A stretch of 31,698 nucleotides of DNA from a virus (taxonomy: Duplodnaviria; Heunggongvirae; Uroviricota; Caudoviricetes): IMG/VR virus record IMGVR_UViG_2565956729_000013, positions 1 through 31,698 of that record; one strand, given 5' to 3'. Shown here piece by piece: positions 1 to 9,835 of the stretch; the stretch's first letter is position 1, and every line of letters begins with the position of its first letter. Below the pieces are notes generated by a model, which did not search any database, was not told where the DNA came from, and saw only the letters and a program-made list of their open reading frames with translations. Made by a program: the position numbers and the translations under genes.

Positions 1-612
1 TTTTTTTATCAGTGCTGCAACCTGATTTAGTGTGCCCGTATAAAAAAAACGCCACACCGGACACGTGTTTTTCTGAATTGCGGCCTGCTGGTCGGTGATT
101 TCCTGTAGTGCCTTATCTCTCGCGATTCTGAACTGATTCAGAGACGAGGATAATGTTTCCGGAGATACAGCGGTCGGGATCGCAGCCTGCGCAATAGTCG
201 CTGCCCGCGTCATGCTGCGGATGGTCTGTGTGGACAGCGTGACCTCTGCAGGAAGTGTGGTTACAGGTTTTGCAGGGAGCTGCATTTTACTCACGGCCAG
301 CGAAAGCTGGCTGGAGATCATGCGGGACATTCTTCCCACTTCCGGCAATGGAAGTGCACCTGAAAACTGTCTGGCCAGTGATAAAAACTCGCCTGCAGAC
401 GGGGCGCAAAATAACAGCGCCACAACGTCTTTTTCAGTGCTTTCTGTCAGATAAGGTAAAAGCGCGGATACAGCATTATCCGGGCTGAGATAACGCCCCG
501 ATGGTGTAATGTTTCCCGTATTTTCTGACCATGGATGGAGGCAAACCATTGAACAGGTGATGGCCATGGGGGCCGGGCGCAGAATGGCGTGCTCCCATAC
601 AGAATATTTCAT
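1..612 (-). CDS. hypothetical protein, 3' end outside window (at least 203 aa)
   Basis: ATG at 612..610 (MKYSVWEHAIL...) preceded by AGGA-type RBS; frame stays open to position 1 by manual translation. Absent from ORF track because no stop lies in the window. Directly downstream of second fibre gene. Confidence 0.5.
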   Translation of the reverse strand, partial: MKYSVWEHAILRPAPMAITCSMVCLHPWSENTGNITPSGRYLSPDNAVSALLPYLTESTEKDVVALLFCAPSAGEFLSLARQFSGALPLPEVGRMSRMISSQLSLAVSKMQLPAKPVTTLPAEVTLSTQTIRSMTRAATIAQAAIPTAVSPETLSSSLNQFRIARDKALQEITDQQAAIQKNTCPVWRFFYTGTLNQVAALIKK

Positions 613-636
613 CTCATTTTCCTGTACGTTCAAATG

Positions 637-3165
637 TTATCCCATTCCGTTCTGACGCAACGTTGTCCCTGCAAGTGTTTTTATAACCACAACACAGGGG
701 AGCAACCCATTATCTGCGCCGGCAATTTCTTCCAGTGTTGACATATCCAGTGCATAGTAAGGTTTATCAGGCATCACCACCTGTATTCCGATAGTGATTG
801 TTCGCGCATTTGCAGAGACAGAGCTGACAAAATACTGCGCTGGAATGTACTGTCGGTTCTGGTTCTGATAGAGATAACGCGGCTCAATCTGCGCTGAAAC
901 AGCGATTCCGATGCCGCCAACTGAGGATTGCCCGACGGGGTTTGATACATCCAGCTTCAGGGTATAAACACGCGAACCATCGGGCAGGCTTTTAAATGAA
1001 TCCAGACTGGAGTTCAGGGTGCTTACAAGCATTTTGGGGATGATCGGGTGAGCGCCATCAACAAACAGAGATTCTGATTGTTTTTTCAATAAATTTGTAG
1101 CAGCAGAAGAAACTGCAGGTACAAAGTTTCTGTGCCATGTTTGCGTTGTTGCATTGTACGTAAATGTAACGTTTTTCCCTGCAAATAACGCTTCCGGAGC
1201 ATCTGAAACCTGCGCATCCTGCGTAAGAAATGATGTTCTCGTCACGTCCCTTTTCGGTGTGATTGACAGGCGGCAACCATCAACCAGCCCCGGCGCTATT
1301 TTGAACTGGAGATATGAAAGTGCAGAGTCATTATCAATAAACAATACGGTGTCATTGTTGAGGTTATCCACAACCACCTGGGCGTTATTGACGGGGGTAA
1401 TGTGCCGGATTTCTCTTTCCGGAAAGACAATATCTTCATCTCCAACAACGGAGCGACCATTAATTCGTATAAAGTCGCGTGTACTCATGCAGGGGACTGA
1501 TCCCCATGCTGAAACTGACATTGCTGATGCAATATCTGAAATTGTTACGGCGGCAGTTTTTCTGATCTGCAGACGACGGAGAGCTGTTGTTGCGGCGGTC
1601 TGTGAGGCTGTAACTTTTGCCACGAATGCAAAAAAGTCGCTCATGGCGAAAGTATCAATGCCTGCGTAATCCGATGTAAATAAATCGGGATAATCTTTCT
1701 GGATGGCATCCAGAACGGATAGTCCATATTGTGCCTGTTCAGCAGGCGTATTCAGCACACCAAAGCGCCACGGAGCCACAGAGAATCGGTCTTTTTGCAC
1801 AAAACGCGCATCGCCCGGGGTATCGGGGTAATCAGCTTCATTGTAATACGTCTTGAATCTGTTCTGGCCCGGAACAAATAATGCCAGCAACCCTGTTTTA
1901 ATTGTTTTCATTGCGTTGGAATATTGCGAGGCAGCATCAGAGTCATTAACCAGTCCGGCCAGAAAGACCAGGGCCCGTAAACCGGCATACACTTCGGCAT
2001 TATCCTGACAAAAACATTGCGCGTAATGAGTATTACCGGGAGCAACGTTTCCCTGAAAGACGTTTACCAGATTTGCGTCAGTATTTAGCTGACGTAAAAT
2101 ATTATTTTCCGCTACCAGTCTGATAATTTCCCATCTGGAATGATTGCCGAGCCCTGAAGGGGTCTGTAACCACGAAGCGTCTGCAATTTCAGCAATACAG
2201 GCAAACCAGAGGGATGGGTAACTGTCTGTAGAATCAGGGGCAACCGGTGAATATAAATCAGCGGCCACATCGGTAAAGAACCATGACCATGATGACGGGA
2301 TCTCTTTACTGGTCTTCCCGAGACATTCAAGAACAGCGGAACCTGTATAAATAAACTCACCTTGTAAGATGCTACTGATATCAGGTGTGGTTTCTCCAGT
2401 AATGCCGGCGATATTTACAAAAAATAGCGTGCTGTTAATCATCACATGCTGTCCGGCTTCATAGCGGAAATTCGTCATGAATGGCGCTGTTATACCGAGA
2501 CGAAAGGCTTTTTCACAAATAACGAGTCTGTCCCTGAGAGAAAAGGCTTTACCTTCGCTTTCATACATTGCAAGAAACAAAAAATACCAGTTAATACCCC
2601 CGGTTGAATTAAGATAGCGCCAGATCCCTGAATAACGCCCGTGGGTTATCTGCATGGACAAAAACTGCTTATTAGCTTCGGTAACCGCATAACGGGTTGA
2701 TACTGCTATGTGATCGCTGATAAAACCCTGAATTGTTTTCAGCTCCTGCGAGATGTCTGTTTGCCAGCTTTCAGGAGGAACAGTAATGTGTGCAGCCTGA
2801 GCCAGTCCGCTATAAATAACAGCAAAATTGCGGATAAGTGTTTCGCCGGTCAGTTTGTGACGAACCGGGGTTTTAATTACGCCGCAGAGTGTGTTGCTGG
2901 GTTGATGGACCAGGCAAATCCAGTCGTAAGTGAATGTCTCGTTATCAGCAACAACGGCACTACAGACAATGCTGTTTGGATCCAGTTTTCCATAGCGCAG
3001 ATTATTTACCGTGTGTGTGATTTTTTCAGGAGGGACAACTTCATCATTTCTGGATGGTTCCCTTTCCATCAGTGCAAAAACAATGGAGTCAGGTCGCGCC
3101 GGTAAATTACTGGCGGCACATTCAGCAACCCATTTCTCAAATGCTTTCGTCAACAGCGCGCTCAT
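637..3165 (-). CDS. second tail fibre / tailspike-like protein (842 aa)
   Basis: N-terminal ~150 aa alignable by eye with the N-terminus of the H-like fibre at 3725..5593 (e.g. KWVAECAASNLPARPDSIVFA vs HWCANQLISGKPARPDTFVFA); C-terminal ~700 aa unrelated. Start ATG overlaps the Tfa stop (TAATG). Confidence 0.75.
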   Translation of the reverse strand: MSALLTKAFEKWVAECAASNLPARPDSIVFALMEREPSRNDEVVPPEKITHTVNNLRYGKLDPNSIVCSAVVADNETFTYDWICLVHQPSNTLCGVIKTPVRHKLTGETLIRNFAVIYSGLAQAAHITVPPESWQTDISQELKTIQGFISDHIAVSTRYAVTEANKQFLSMQITHGRYSGIWRYLNSTGGINWYFLFLAMYESEGKAFSLRDRLVICEKAFRLGITAPFMTNFRYEAGQHVMINSTLFFVNIAGITGETTPDISSILQGEFIYTGSAVLECLGKTSKEIPSSWSWFFTDVAADLYSPVAPDSTDSYPSLWFACIAEIADASWLQTPSGLGNHSRWEIIRLVAENNILRQLNTDANLVNVFQGNVAPGNTHYAQCFCQDNAEVYAGLRALVFLAGLVNDSDAASQYSNAMKTIKTGLLALFVPGQNRFKTYYNEADYPDTPGDARFVQKDRFSVAPWRFGVLNTPAEQAQYGLSVLDAIQKDYPDLFTSDYAGIDTFAMSDFFAFVAKVTASQTAATTALRRLQIRKTAAVTISDIASAMSVSAWGSVPCMSTRDFIRINGRSVVGDEDIVFPEREIRHITPVNNAQVVVDNLNNDTVLFIDNDSALSYLQFKIAPGLVDGCRLSITPKRDVTRTSFLTQDAQVSDAPEALFAGKNVTFTYNATTQTWHRNFVPAVSSAATNLLKKQSESLFVDGAHPIIPKMLVSTLNSSLDSFKSLPDGSRVYTLKLDVSNPVGQSSVGGIGIAVSAQIEPRYLYQNQNRQYIPAQYFVSSVSANARTITIGIQVVMPDKPYYALDMSTLEEIAGADNGLLPCVVVIKTLAGTTLRQNGMG

Positions 3166-3722
3166 TATTTTTTATTCTCGTTAATATCCTGCGGTAATTC
3201 CGGCCATACAATTGTGGCATACGATGCTTTATCTGTAACCTGGCTGAATGTCATCTCCCGTAACGTTTTTGTATAAATACGGCAGGCTTTCAGTTTTTCC
3301 CTGTCTTCGTCGCTGATTAATCCCAGCAGCAGGTCTTTTTCCCATTCGCTGGTCATGATACTGGCCTGTTTTAACAGTGCATCACGCTCATCTTCCGCTT
3401 TAAGTTTGTAGTCGAAGATAAAATTGCCATCGCGGTAAAACCAGTAACCAGGCGCGGTAATACGGCGATTAGCGGTAATATCCGGAACTTCAATAACACT
3501 GGCGTTACGGGGTTCAATGCCTGTCACATCCTTACCGACCCACACCACGCGCCCGTCCCCGGAGTAAACCATTTTTATTGTGTCACTGGCAAAGTTCTTC
3601 TGTTCTTCATACCAGTTTTTGCCGTCTTCCGAAAAAAGCCAGGTGACACCATATTGTTTTGTCAGCTGATATTGTTCCGCGGTTTTCGGATTACCCGCAG
3701 TAATATTTTTTAAATGTAACAT
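3165..3722 (-). CDS. tail fibre assembly chaperone (Tfa, P2 G-like)
   Basis: 185 aa ORF immediately downstream of the H-like fibre gene (2-nt gap); size and position typical of Tfa. Confidence 0.75.
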   Translation of the reverse strand: MLHLKNITAGNPKTAEQYQLTKQYGVTWLFSEDGKNWYEEQKNFASDTIKMVYSGDGRVVWVGKDVTGIEPRNASVIEVPDITANRRITAPGYWFYRDGNFIFDYKLKAEDERDALLKQASIMTSEWEKDLLLGLISDEDREKLKACRIYTKTLREMTFSQVTDKASYATIVWPELPQDINENKK

Positions 3723-3724
3723 TG

Positions 3725-5593
3725 TTAAACACTCGCCACGTTATACCAGGTGCCATTAATCAGTTTCTGAAGCGGACGGTAATACACGCCGCCGATGTTA
3801 TCTGCCGAATTACTTCCGGTTTCCTGCACATTAATACCGGATAACCCGTGGCCTGAAGGTGAGCGAAATGTCCAGGATACCTGGTTACCTCCCGGGTTGT
3901 AATACATTTCGGAACCATAACGCACATCCTGCACGCCGCCATTTCGCTGCTGATAACGGGCATCGAAATTTCCATAGTTTGATGGGGTCATCTGTCCGTT
4001 TACAGCGAATGTGATACTGCCATCGGTATTTCTCTGGCTGTAAAAATGCCAGCCGGAATCATCACCAAGCTCTGCAACTACAGGTCGGGATGAATTACCC
4101 CATAAATTAAACGTTGCGTTTTTCGTGGAGTTGTTGTCGCTGGATAACGTGAATTTTTTAGCATTTCCGGCCTGAATATTTTTTAACGCTATTGCCACAC
4201 CATTCTGGAAACGAAATACATGCTGTCCATTCGCATAAACATCCAGAATGCCGTCGCCGTTTTGTTTTATACCTGTATCGTTATCCCCGAAAGCAATTGA
4301 GTTTCCGCCCAGCGCGTTCTGAACGCCGATACCCAGCGCACCATTGACCTGAGAACCGCCGCCAACAGACACTTTATGCGACATGGATATTTCACCCGTC
4401 CGCAGATTAATAGTGAACGGTCGAAGTGGACCAATATCGCCATTCTCGCCCTGACCTTCACTGGTAGGGATAAGGTGCAGGCACTCTTCCGAACGACGAA
4501 AAATCAGACCAAAGGCTTCGTTGAAAATCCTCAGCGCATTAACACCACGGATTTTCAGTTCCCCGGTCATGGTGTCGCCGTCACGCTCAACAGCGCCTTT
4601 TGCCTTATCCATTGCGGCTTTTACTGCCTTTGATGTGGCGGCGCGGTCTTCTGCGTCGCTGTCGGTGGAGTTGCTGTACTGCGCAAAGCCTTTCTCCTTC
4701 AGTGTTGCGTCCGGATGACGGCGGGATTTTTCGTGCTCTGCCAGTGCATTGCTTTGTTCTTCATCGGGCGTCTGTGGACGTAAATCCTGTAAGCCTTCTG
4801 ATGTCAGTTTCGCAAGTGGCGCGACAAAGTGTCGGAAGCCGTTACCGTCTGTATAGGACGCATGTTCCTGGCGGGCGCAGAACGTAAAAACGGTATTCCA
4901 TTCGCCGGTAACAAATCCCTGCCAGCTTGCATCAATCCAAATGGTATCCCCGACCGCAGCCGGCAGGCTGTAAGGTTCGCGCAGACTGACGCGCAGACCT
5001 CCCACATAACCCACGCCGGCGGCAACAGTAGCGGTACCATCCTGATAGCTGACCTGAAAACCATCCCCCAGAAAAGCGGCTTCACCGTAGTGATCAAACG
5101 CCAGCAGCCGGCGGGCCTCATCCATTCCTGCAAGGCGTGCAGTGAAATCAATCTGCCAGACATCAGCACTGACATCGATATGCATTGCTGCGGCTGCGCC
5201 GTCAAACTCCATGGAAAATGTGCGGATCAGGTTGTTTCCCTGTACGCCGTTCGCTGTTTTAATTTTTTGCTGACGAGGTGTGTGTGCAATCATGCAGAGC
5301 ACGCCGCTTTCTTCGTTCAGCAGACCGATCCAGTTGTATTCGAAGTCGCCGACTGTCGTGTCCAGAATGATGGAAAACGCGGTCGCGTTCGGCGACAGGA
5401 GGCCGTACTGGGTGACCGGCGCACGATACTGAATCATGGATTCATCAGGGAGTATCTCATCGCGGGGGATCTCTGCGGATTCATCCTGTCCCGGAATATA
5501 TGCAAAAACAAATGTATCCGGGCGCGCAGGTTTTCCACTGATGAGCTGATTCGCACACCAGTGTTCGTACTGTTCAGTAATAATCGTGCTCAT
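3725..5593 (-). CDS. tail fibre protein (P2 H-like)
   Basis: 622 aa; conserved fibre N-terminal domain plus Gly-rich repetitive C-terminal region; start overlaps upstream stop (ATGA). Confidence 0.85.
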   Translation of the reverse strand: MSTIITEQYEHWCANQLISGKPARPDTFVFAYIPGQDESAEIPRDEILPDESMIQYRAPVTQYGLLSPNATAFSIILDTTVGDFEYNWIGLLNEESGVLCMIAHTPRQQKIKTANGVQGNNLIRTFSMEFDGAAAAMHIDVSADVWQIDFTARLAGMDEARRLLAFDHYGEAAFLGDGFQVSYQDGTATVAAGVGYVGGLRVSLREPYSLPAAVGDTIWIDASWQGFVTGEWNTVFTFCARQEHASYTDGNGFRHFVAPLAKLTSEGLQDLRPQTPDEEQSNALAEHEKSRRHPDATLKEKGFAQYSNSTDSDAEDRAATSKAVKAAMDKAKGAVERDGDTMTGELKIRGVNALRIFNEAFGLIFRRSEECLHLIPTSEGQGENGDIGPLRPFTINLRTGEISMSHKVSVGGGSQVNGALGIGVQNALGGNSIAFGDNDTGIKQNGDGILDVYANGQHVFRFQNGVAIALKNIQAGNAKKFTLSSDNNSTKNATFNLWGNSSRPVVAELGDDSGWHFYSQRNTDGSITFAVNGQMTPSNYGNFDARYQQRNGGVQDVRYGSEMYYNPGGNQVSWTFRSPSGHGLSGINVQETGSNSADNIGGVYYRPLQKLINGTWYNVASV

Positions 5594-6225
5594 GCTTCGT
5601 CTGCCTGTAATGTGTAATGCTCCACGGACAGGCCGTAATGTCCTGCCTGTAGCGAAGCGGTTAACCAGATGGTGTCCTTTCTCACCGTTGCTTCTGCTGT
5701 GTGATACCTGTAATGGCCATCAAATGTGCCGGCTGTCAGCCGGGCAGTGGTTGTATTGATTACCTGAAAGAAATAGCGCCTGCAGGTACGGCCATACTGG
5801 CGCACGAGCTGCATCATCAGGGCATTGTTTTCGCTTAACTGGGTGTCATTGATGCGCAGTAAAATAACGTCCCAGTCATGCTGCAACTGTCGTTCCAGGG
5901 TTTTTACCTCTCCCACGCCAAGACGCTTAAAGATGCGTTCGAAGCCGGCACGTTCGCCCGAGTCCTGAGCGTTGATAAACGCGTGTTTTACCCTTAAGCG
6001 AAATAATGAAACTGGCTCCCCACTGAAGCGGGTGATGTTGCGCTGATAGGCCAGCAGGTTAAGCAGAGGCTCTGCGCAGGTATCAACATCAATTTGCTGT
6101 AGTGGCCATGTCAGCCAGCTGTAGACCTTCTCCCAGTAACGATGTGAAGAATGTGCCAGTGTTAATGGCTCTCCCTTGTTCATCCAGGTTGGGAGAGGGA
6201 ATTCGGGCATCTCCGGAATATTCAT
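5590..6225 (-). CDS. tail/baseplate protein (P2 I-like or Mu gp48-like)
   Basis: True ATG at 6225 (MNIPEMPEF...) overlaps the upstream stop as ATGA; ~211 aa; sits between J-like and fibre genes. Confidence 0.7.
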   Translation of the reverse strand: MNIPEMPEFPLPTWMNKGEPLTLAHSSHRYWEKVYSWLTWPLQQIDVDTCAEPLLNLLAYQRNITRFSGEPVSLFRLRVKHAFINAQDSGERAGFERIFKRLGVGEVKTLERQLQHDWDVILLRINDTQLSENNALMMQLVRQYGRTCRRYFFQVINTTTARLTAGTFDGHYRYHTAEATVRKDTIWLTASLQAGHYGLSVEHYTLQADEA

Positions 6226-7406
6226 GACCCCACCTCCACGATAAGGGATTCCAGGCGAGGCACAGCCAGGTCGCTGAGAATATCCGGAAGGGAAAACGTG
6301 ACCGATTCCACCTGCGGAAATACCTGGTGGATCTCTTCGCCCAGTCGGGACATGCTGAAACGGCTGTACGGCCATGTTTTCTGAACGTCATAATCGCTGT
6401 TTTCGCGAAACGCACAGCGGACCAGATTCTCTACGTTGCGTAATAAAGCCTGTATCTCTTCAGCGTTGAGGTTCAGTGTTGCATACAGCCAGAGTGTCAC
6501 GGTCAGGGCATGGCGCGTTTCAGGCATGGAAAAACAGCGCAAATCATCGCCGTGTCCGTGATGACCTTCATCGTTAATAAATGCGTTTACTGCATCAACG
6601 AACGGTCCGGATGCGATGCCGGTATCCAGCAGAATGTAAGCGTTTGCTGTGCCGGGGCCGCGTGGTGCGTCATGCAAAAAATAGATGCGGTCGGCACTGA
6701 TGCCGGCAACACCGGCAATTAATCCCCGGTAAACAGCGTCGGTGTGATAAGCACCGGCAAGATTAAACTGATTGCGAACGCGATCACGCAGTTCGTCGTC
6801 GCTTTCTTCGTTGGCCCCCGGCGTGGTCAGCCAGTTTTCGTCGTTCTCAACGCCGGCGATACCATTAATCGCCACAGGAAGAATGCGGTAATACCCCGGC
6901 GCGAGGTTAAACCCGGCTCCGGCCTGTTCAGCAGAAACATCGATGTTCATGCTGAGTGTTCCTGCCGGAATAATGGTATCCCTGACAACGGTCAGCGTAT
7001 AAATCACGCCGTTAATGCGTTCTGTCTGAATCTGCGTACCAGCCGGTACGGTGACCGCGTGATCAATGTCGTCTTTTGTGAAACGAATCACGCCAGCTGC
7101 GTGCGTGGCAGCCTTGCGCTGCAGGTTTACCGCCCATGCGAAAACATCCACAAATACACCGCTGGCACTTACCAGAAACAGGTTTTTCATTACCACATTA
7201 ACCAGTGCATCTTTAAGCCACATCACGGGCTTTGTGGTAATGGCTGTAATCAACCGCCAGAACGGCGACATGCGGGATGTGTTAGTGATAAGCCCTTCGT
7301 CTTTTACGATGGCCTCAAATTCAGTGCGCGCCTGTTCTTCTGTTACCGGCATGCCGTTATCAGCCAGAATGCGCTCGTAATCTGCGGTTGGTTTGCCGTT
7401 AATCAT
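6222..7406 (-). CDS. baseplate J-like protein
   Basis: 394 aa; ATG at 7406 (track start at 7409 is TTG); position and size fit the baseplate wedge J/gp47 family. Confidence 0.7.
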   Translation of the reverse strand: MINGKPTADYERILADNGMPVTEEQARTEFEAIVKDEGLITNTSRMSPFWRLITAITTKPVMWLKDALVNVVMKNLFLVSASGVFVDVFAWAVNLQRKAATHAAGVIRFTKDDIDHAVTVPAGTQIQTERINGVIYTLTVVRDTIIPAGTLSMNIDVSAEQAGAGFNLAPGYYRILPVAINGIAGVENDENWLTTPGANEESDDELRDRVRNQFNLAGAYHTDAVYRGLIAGVAGISADRIYFLHDAPRGPGTANAYILLDTGIASGPFVDAVNAFINDEGHHGHGDDLRCFSMPETRHALTVTLWLYATLNLNAEEIQALLRNVENLVRCAFRENSDYDVQKTWPYSRFSMSRLGEEIHQVFPQVESVTFSLPDILSDLAVPRLESLIVEVGS

Positions 7407-7749
7407 CAAGAGATACCGTAAAAGTCAGGGGATCAAAAAAATCTTCGGTGTGGGCGCTAATCAGCAGGCGGCCGGAAAGAGGGGTTTCCTCTGTCACACT
7501 GACCGTGCCGGGTGTGATGCGCTCATCATCTTCAATCAGCAGTGTCATCTGCATCATAATGTCGGCGCGAAGCGTCGGGCTTTTTTCAGCCAGCAGGCGC
7601 GTTGCCAGTCCGCTTTCAATGATGGCGTGCTGGCAGTCCTGGGCAATGCTTTCCCTGTTGTTGCACAGCACCGGTTCGGCGGCGCTGTTCAGCGTGAAAT
7701 TGCGACCGGTGATAAGCAAATCAATGTAAAGCGGTTTATCAGTATGCAT
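7399..7749 (-). CDS. small baseplate protein (GpW/gp25-like or Mu gp46-like), tentative
   Basis: ATG at 7749 (MHTDKPLYIDLL...) overlaps the last codons of the tape measure gene; 116 aa; family assignment is positional. Confidence 0.5.
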   Translation of the reverse strand: MHTDKPLYIDLLITGRNFTLNSAAEPVLCNNRESIAQDCQHAIIESGLATRLLAEKSPTLRADIMMQMTLLIEDDERITPGTVSVTEETPLSGRLLISAHTEDFFDPLTFTVSLDD

Positions 7750-9835
7750 GCAGCTCCATCCATTCATTAAGGTGGGCCGGGGATGCATCCTGCACATTGA
7801 CATTGACCACGCGACGGGAGTTATCAATTGTGGTCTGGCTGTCGCTGTTATTTTGCATTTTTGCCGCAATGCCACCTGGCCCGGCGCTAATAACTTTTCC
7901 ACCGGTTAATACAGAACCCTCACTGTTATCTGTAATTTCTGGTACATCAATATTTATACCCGGGAGCATATTCAGCTTGTCAGCAATCCATCTGAATGCT
8001 GAGCTGAACATACCGATAATTGTGCGCCATAGTCCTGAAAATAATTTATTAATCAGACGGACATAATCCTGAAATATTTCCAGCGGTGAGCGGGTGGAAA
8101 AATAATTAATAACGGCATCCCAGCCGCTTTTAATGCCTTTCCAGGTATTGCCGAACCATACAGCTATATTTTTTATGACACTGGTTACCCACTGAAAAGC
8201 GGCTGTATCCATCAGTGCCGCTTTGATCTCATCCCAGCGGGTAATCAGAAAATAAATGCCCACGCCCAGCGCAGCCAGTGCCAGGATGATTAACGTTATC
8301 GGGCTGAAAAGTAGCTGAGTGGCAACGGCTGCGCCACCGGTAACAGCGGTATAAATTTTCATGGCCACAGCTGCAGCGCCCAGTGCGGCAGAATAAAGCC
8401 ACATACCGATGCGTTGCAGTTTCAGCAGTGCAATCTGAATTTTGGCCCTGACATTGTGCGCCCCCATGGCGATACTCATCGCCAGATATAATGCCCTGAC
8501 CATGCGGGCAGTAGCACAGAACGCCAGCATAACCACTTTCAGGGCACGATACAGAAAGATGATTAATTTCAGTGGTGCGATTGCGGCCATCCAGACCATG
8601 CGTAATCCCACCCAGATAAATTTCGCCACCCCCATTACGATATTGACCGTTGCGCCAACCGCCGCAACACCAATAAGTGCCGCGCTTAATAAGCCGATTG
8701 CACGTGTGATGTTTGGATACAGACGCAACCAGGCAACAAAGGATTTACCGCCTTCGTTGCTTTTCTGGATGAATGGATACAGAACGGGTAACAGTTGTGT
8801 GCCAATTTCAATGCGAATGCCGTTAATAATCGCAGCGGCCTGTTCCCACGGATCGGCCATGGCTTGTGCCATTTCGACAGCCTTATCCATACCTTTGATA
8901 TTGCCCAGCGTGGCGATGTTCTTTTCCAGTCCGCCAATGTCTGCATTGAGCAATTTAATCATGGCCACAGCCTCATCGGAGCCAAAAGCGCTTTTCAGCA
9001 AATCAGAGTCAGCCACTTTTGACAGATCACCAAATTTGCCCCTGATAAGTTTCATGATCTCGACAACACTTTTCATCGTGCCGTCTTTATTCACGAAATT
9101 AAGCCCCAGCTTTTTCTGTGCTTTACCAACGGATGCCAGGAAGGATTTATATTTTGTACCAGCCTCGCTGCCACTCATGGTTGCCTGCAGTTGCCCCAGT
9201 ACGGCGAACTGCTCGGCCGCATCAATACCGGCTGCTTTTGCGCTGGCACCCAGTGTGGTGAATGCCGCTGACATGTTATCGCCGGTTGTTTTAAACATTT
9301 GCACGGCAGTGGCGGTTTGTCCGGCGATCTGCTCCACCCATTTACTTTTTCCCATGGCATCAGCCTGGTCTTTAAATATGCCGTACATGGTGCCCATGTA
9401 GGCGGTAATGGTCTGGCTGCTGGATTTGGTTGCTGCTGCCACTGTTGCTGATGCGGTGGTGAAGCGGGACAGCTCATCGTCAGTTAACCCGGCAATGGCT
9501 GACTGGATGTCGTAAGAAGCACGCACAAAATCCTGCGCAGCTCCGCCGTATTCCATAGTGAAATCAACGGCGGCGCGGCTGAGTTTACGCAGTCCGGACT
9601 CTGCGACGCCCAGTGATTTCACCTCACCGAGCGCCCTGTCCATTTCAATGGCTGGCATCAGTGCGCCCTGAATGGCTGCACCCACTCCCCAGAGCGCAGC
9701 GCCTCCGGTAGCAATGTCCCGAAAAGCTCCCCGACTTGTTGCAGCAAATCCCTGAACCTGTCGCCCGGCTGCGCGTAACGGCCTTGTCAGGCGGTCTGTC
9801 AGTTCAAGAAGTAATTCAAGGCGCTGTTGTGACAT
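7739..9835 (-). CDS. tail tape measure protein
   Basis: 698 aa, Ala/Gly-rich with central hydrophobic segments; start ATG overlaps the stop of the chaperone frameshift frame (TAATG). Confidence 0.85.
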   Translation of the reverse strand: MSQQRLELLLELTDRLTRPLRAAGRQVQGFAATSRGAFRDIATGGAALWGVGAAIQGALMPAIEMDRALGEVKSLGVAESGLRKLSRAAVDFTMEYGGAAQDFVRASYDIQSAIAGLTDDELSRFTTASATVAAATKSSSQTITAYMGTMYGIFKDQADAMGKSKWVEQIAGQTATAVQMFKTTGDNMSAAFTTLGASAKAAGIDAAEQFAVLGQLQATMSGSEAGTKYKSFLASVGKAQKKLGLNFVNKDGTMKSVVEIMKLIRGKFGDLSKVADSDLLKSAFGSDEAVAMIKLLNADIGGLEKNIATLGNIKGMDKAVEMAQAMADPWEQAAAIINGIRIEIGTQLLPVLYPFIQKSNEGGKSFVAWLRLYPNITRAIGLLSAALIGVAAVGATVNIVMGVAKFIWVGLRMVWMAAIAPLKLIIFLYRALKVVMLAFCATARMVRALYLAMSIAMGAHNVRAKIQIALLKLQRIGMWLYSAALGAAAVAMKIYTAVTGGAAVATQLLFSPITLIILALAALGVGIYFLITRWDEIKAALMDTAAFQWVTSVIKNIAVWFGNTWKGIKSGWDAVINYFSTRSPLEIFQDYVRLINKLFSGLWRTIIGMFSSAFRWIADKLNMLPGINIDVPEITDNSEGSVLTGGKVISAGPGGIAAKMQNNSDSQTTIDNSRRVVNVNVQDASPAHLNEWMELHAY

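Noticed and set aside
212-488. Two plus-strand ORFs (80 and 77 aa) at the left end
   Set aside because: Both lie entirely within the longer, RBS-supported minus-strand ORF that runs off the window.
7750-7902. N-terminal extension of the 7399..7902 ORF (MEKLLAPGQ...)
   Set aside because: Would overlap the tape measure gene by ~160 nt; the internal ATG at 7749 gives a typical short overlap instead.
8442-9401. 319-aa plus-strand ORF inside the tape measure gene
   Set aside because: Antisense to a well-supported structural gene; Ala/Ser/Pro-rich low-complexity translation typical of a shadow ORF. The same applies to 4829..5617, 6744..7421, 14493..15338, 16258..17145 and 24899..25972 on the plus strand.
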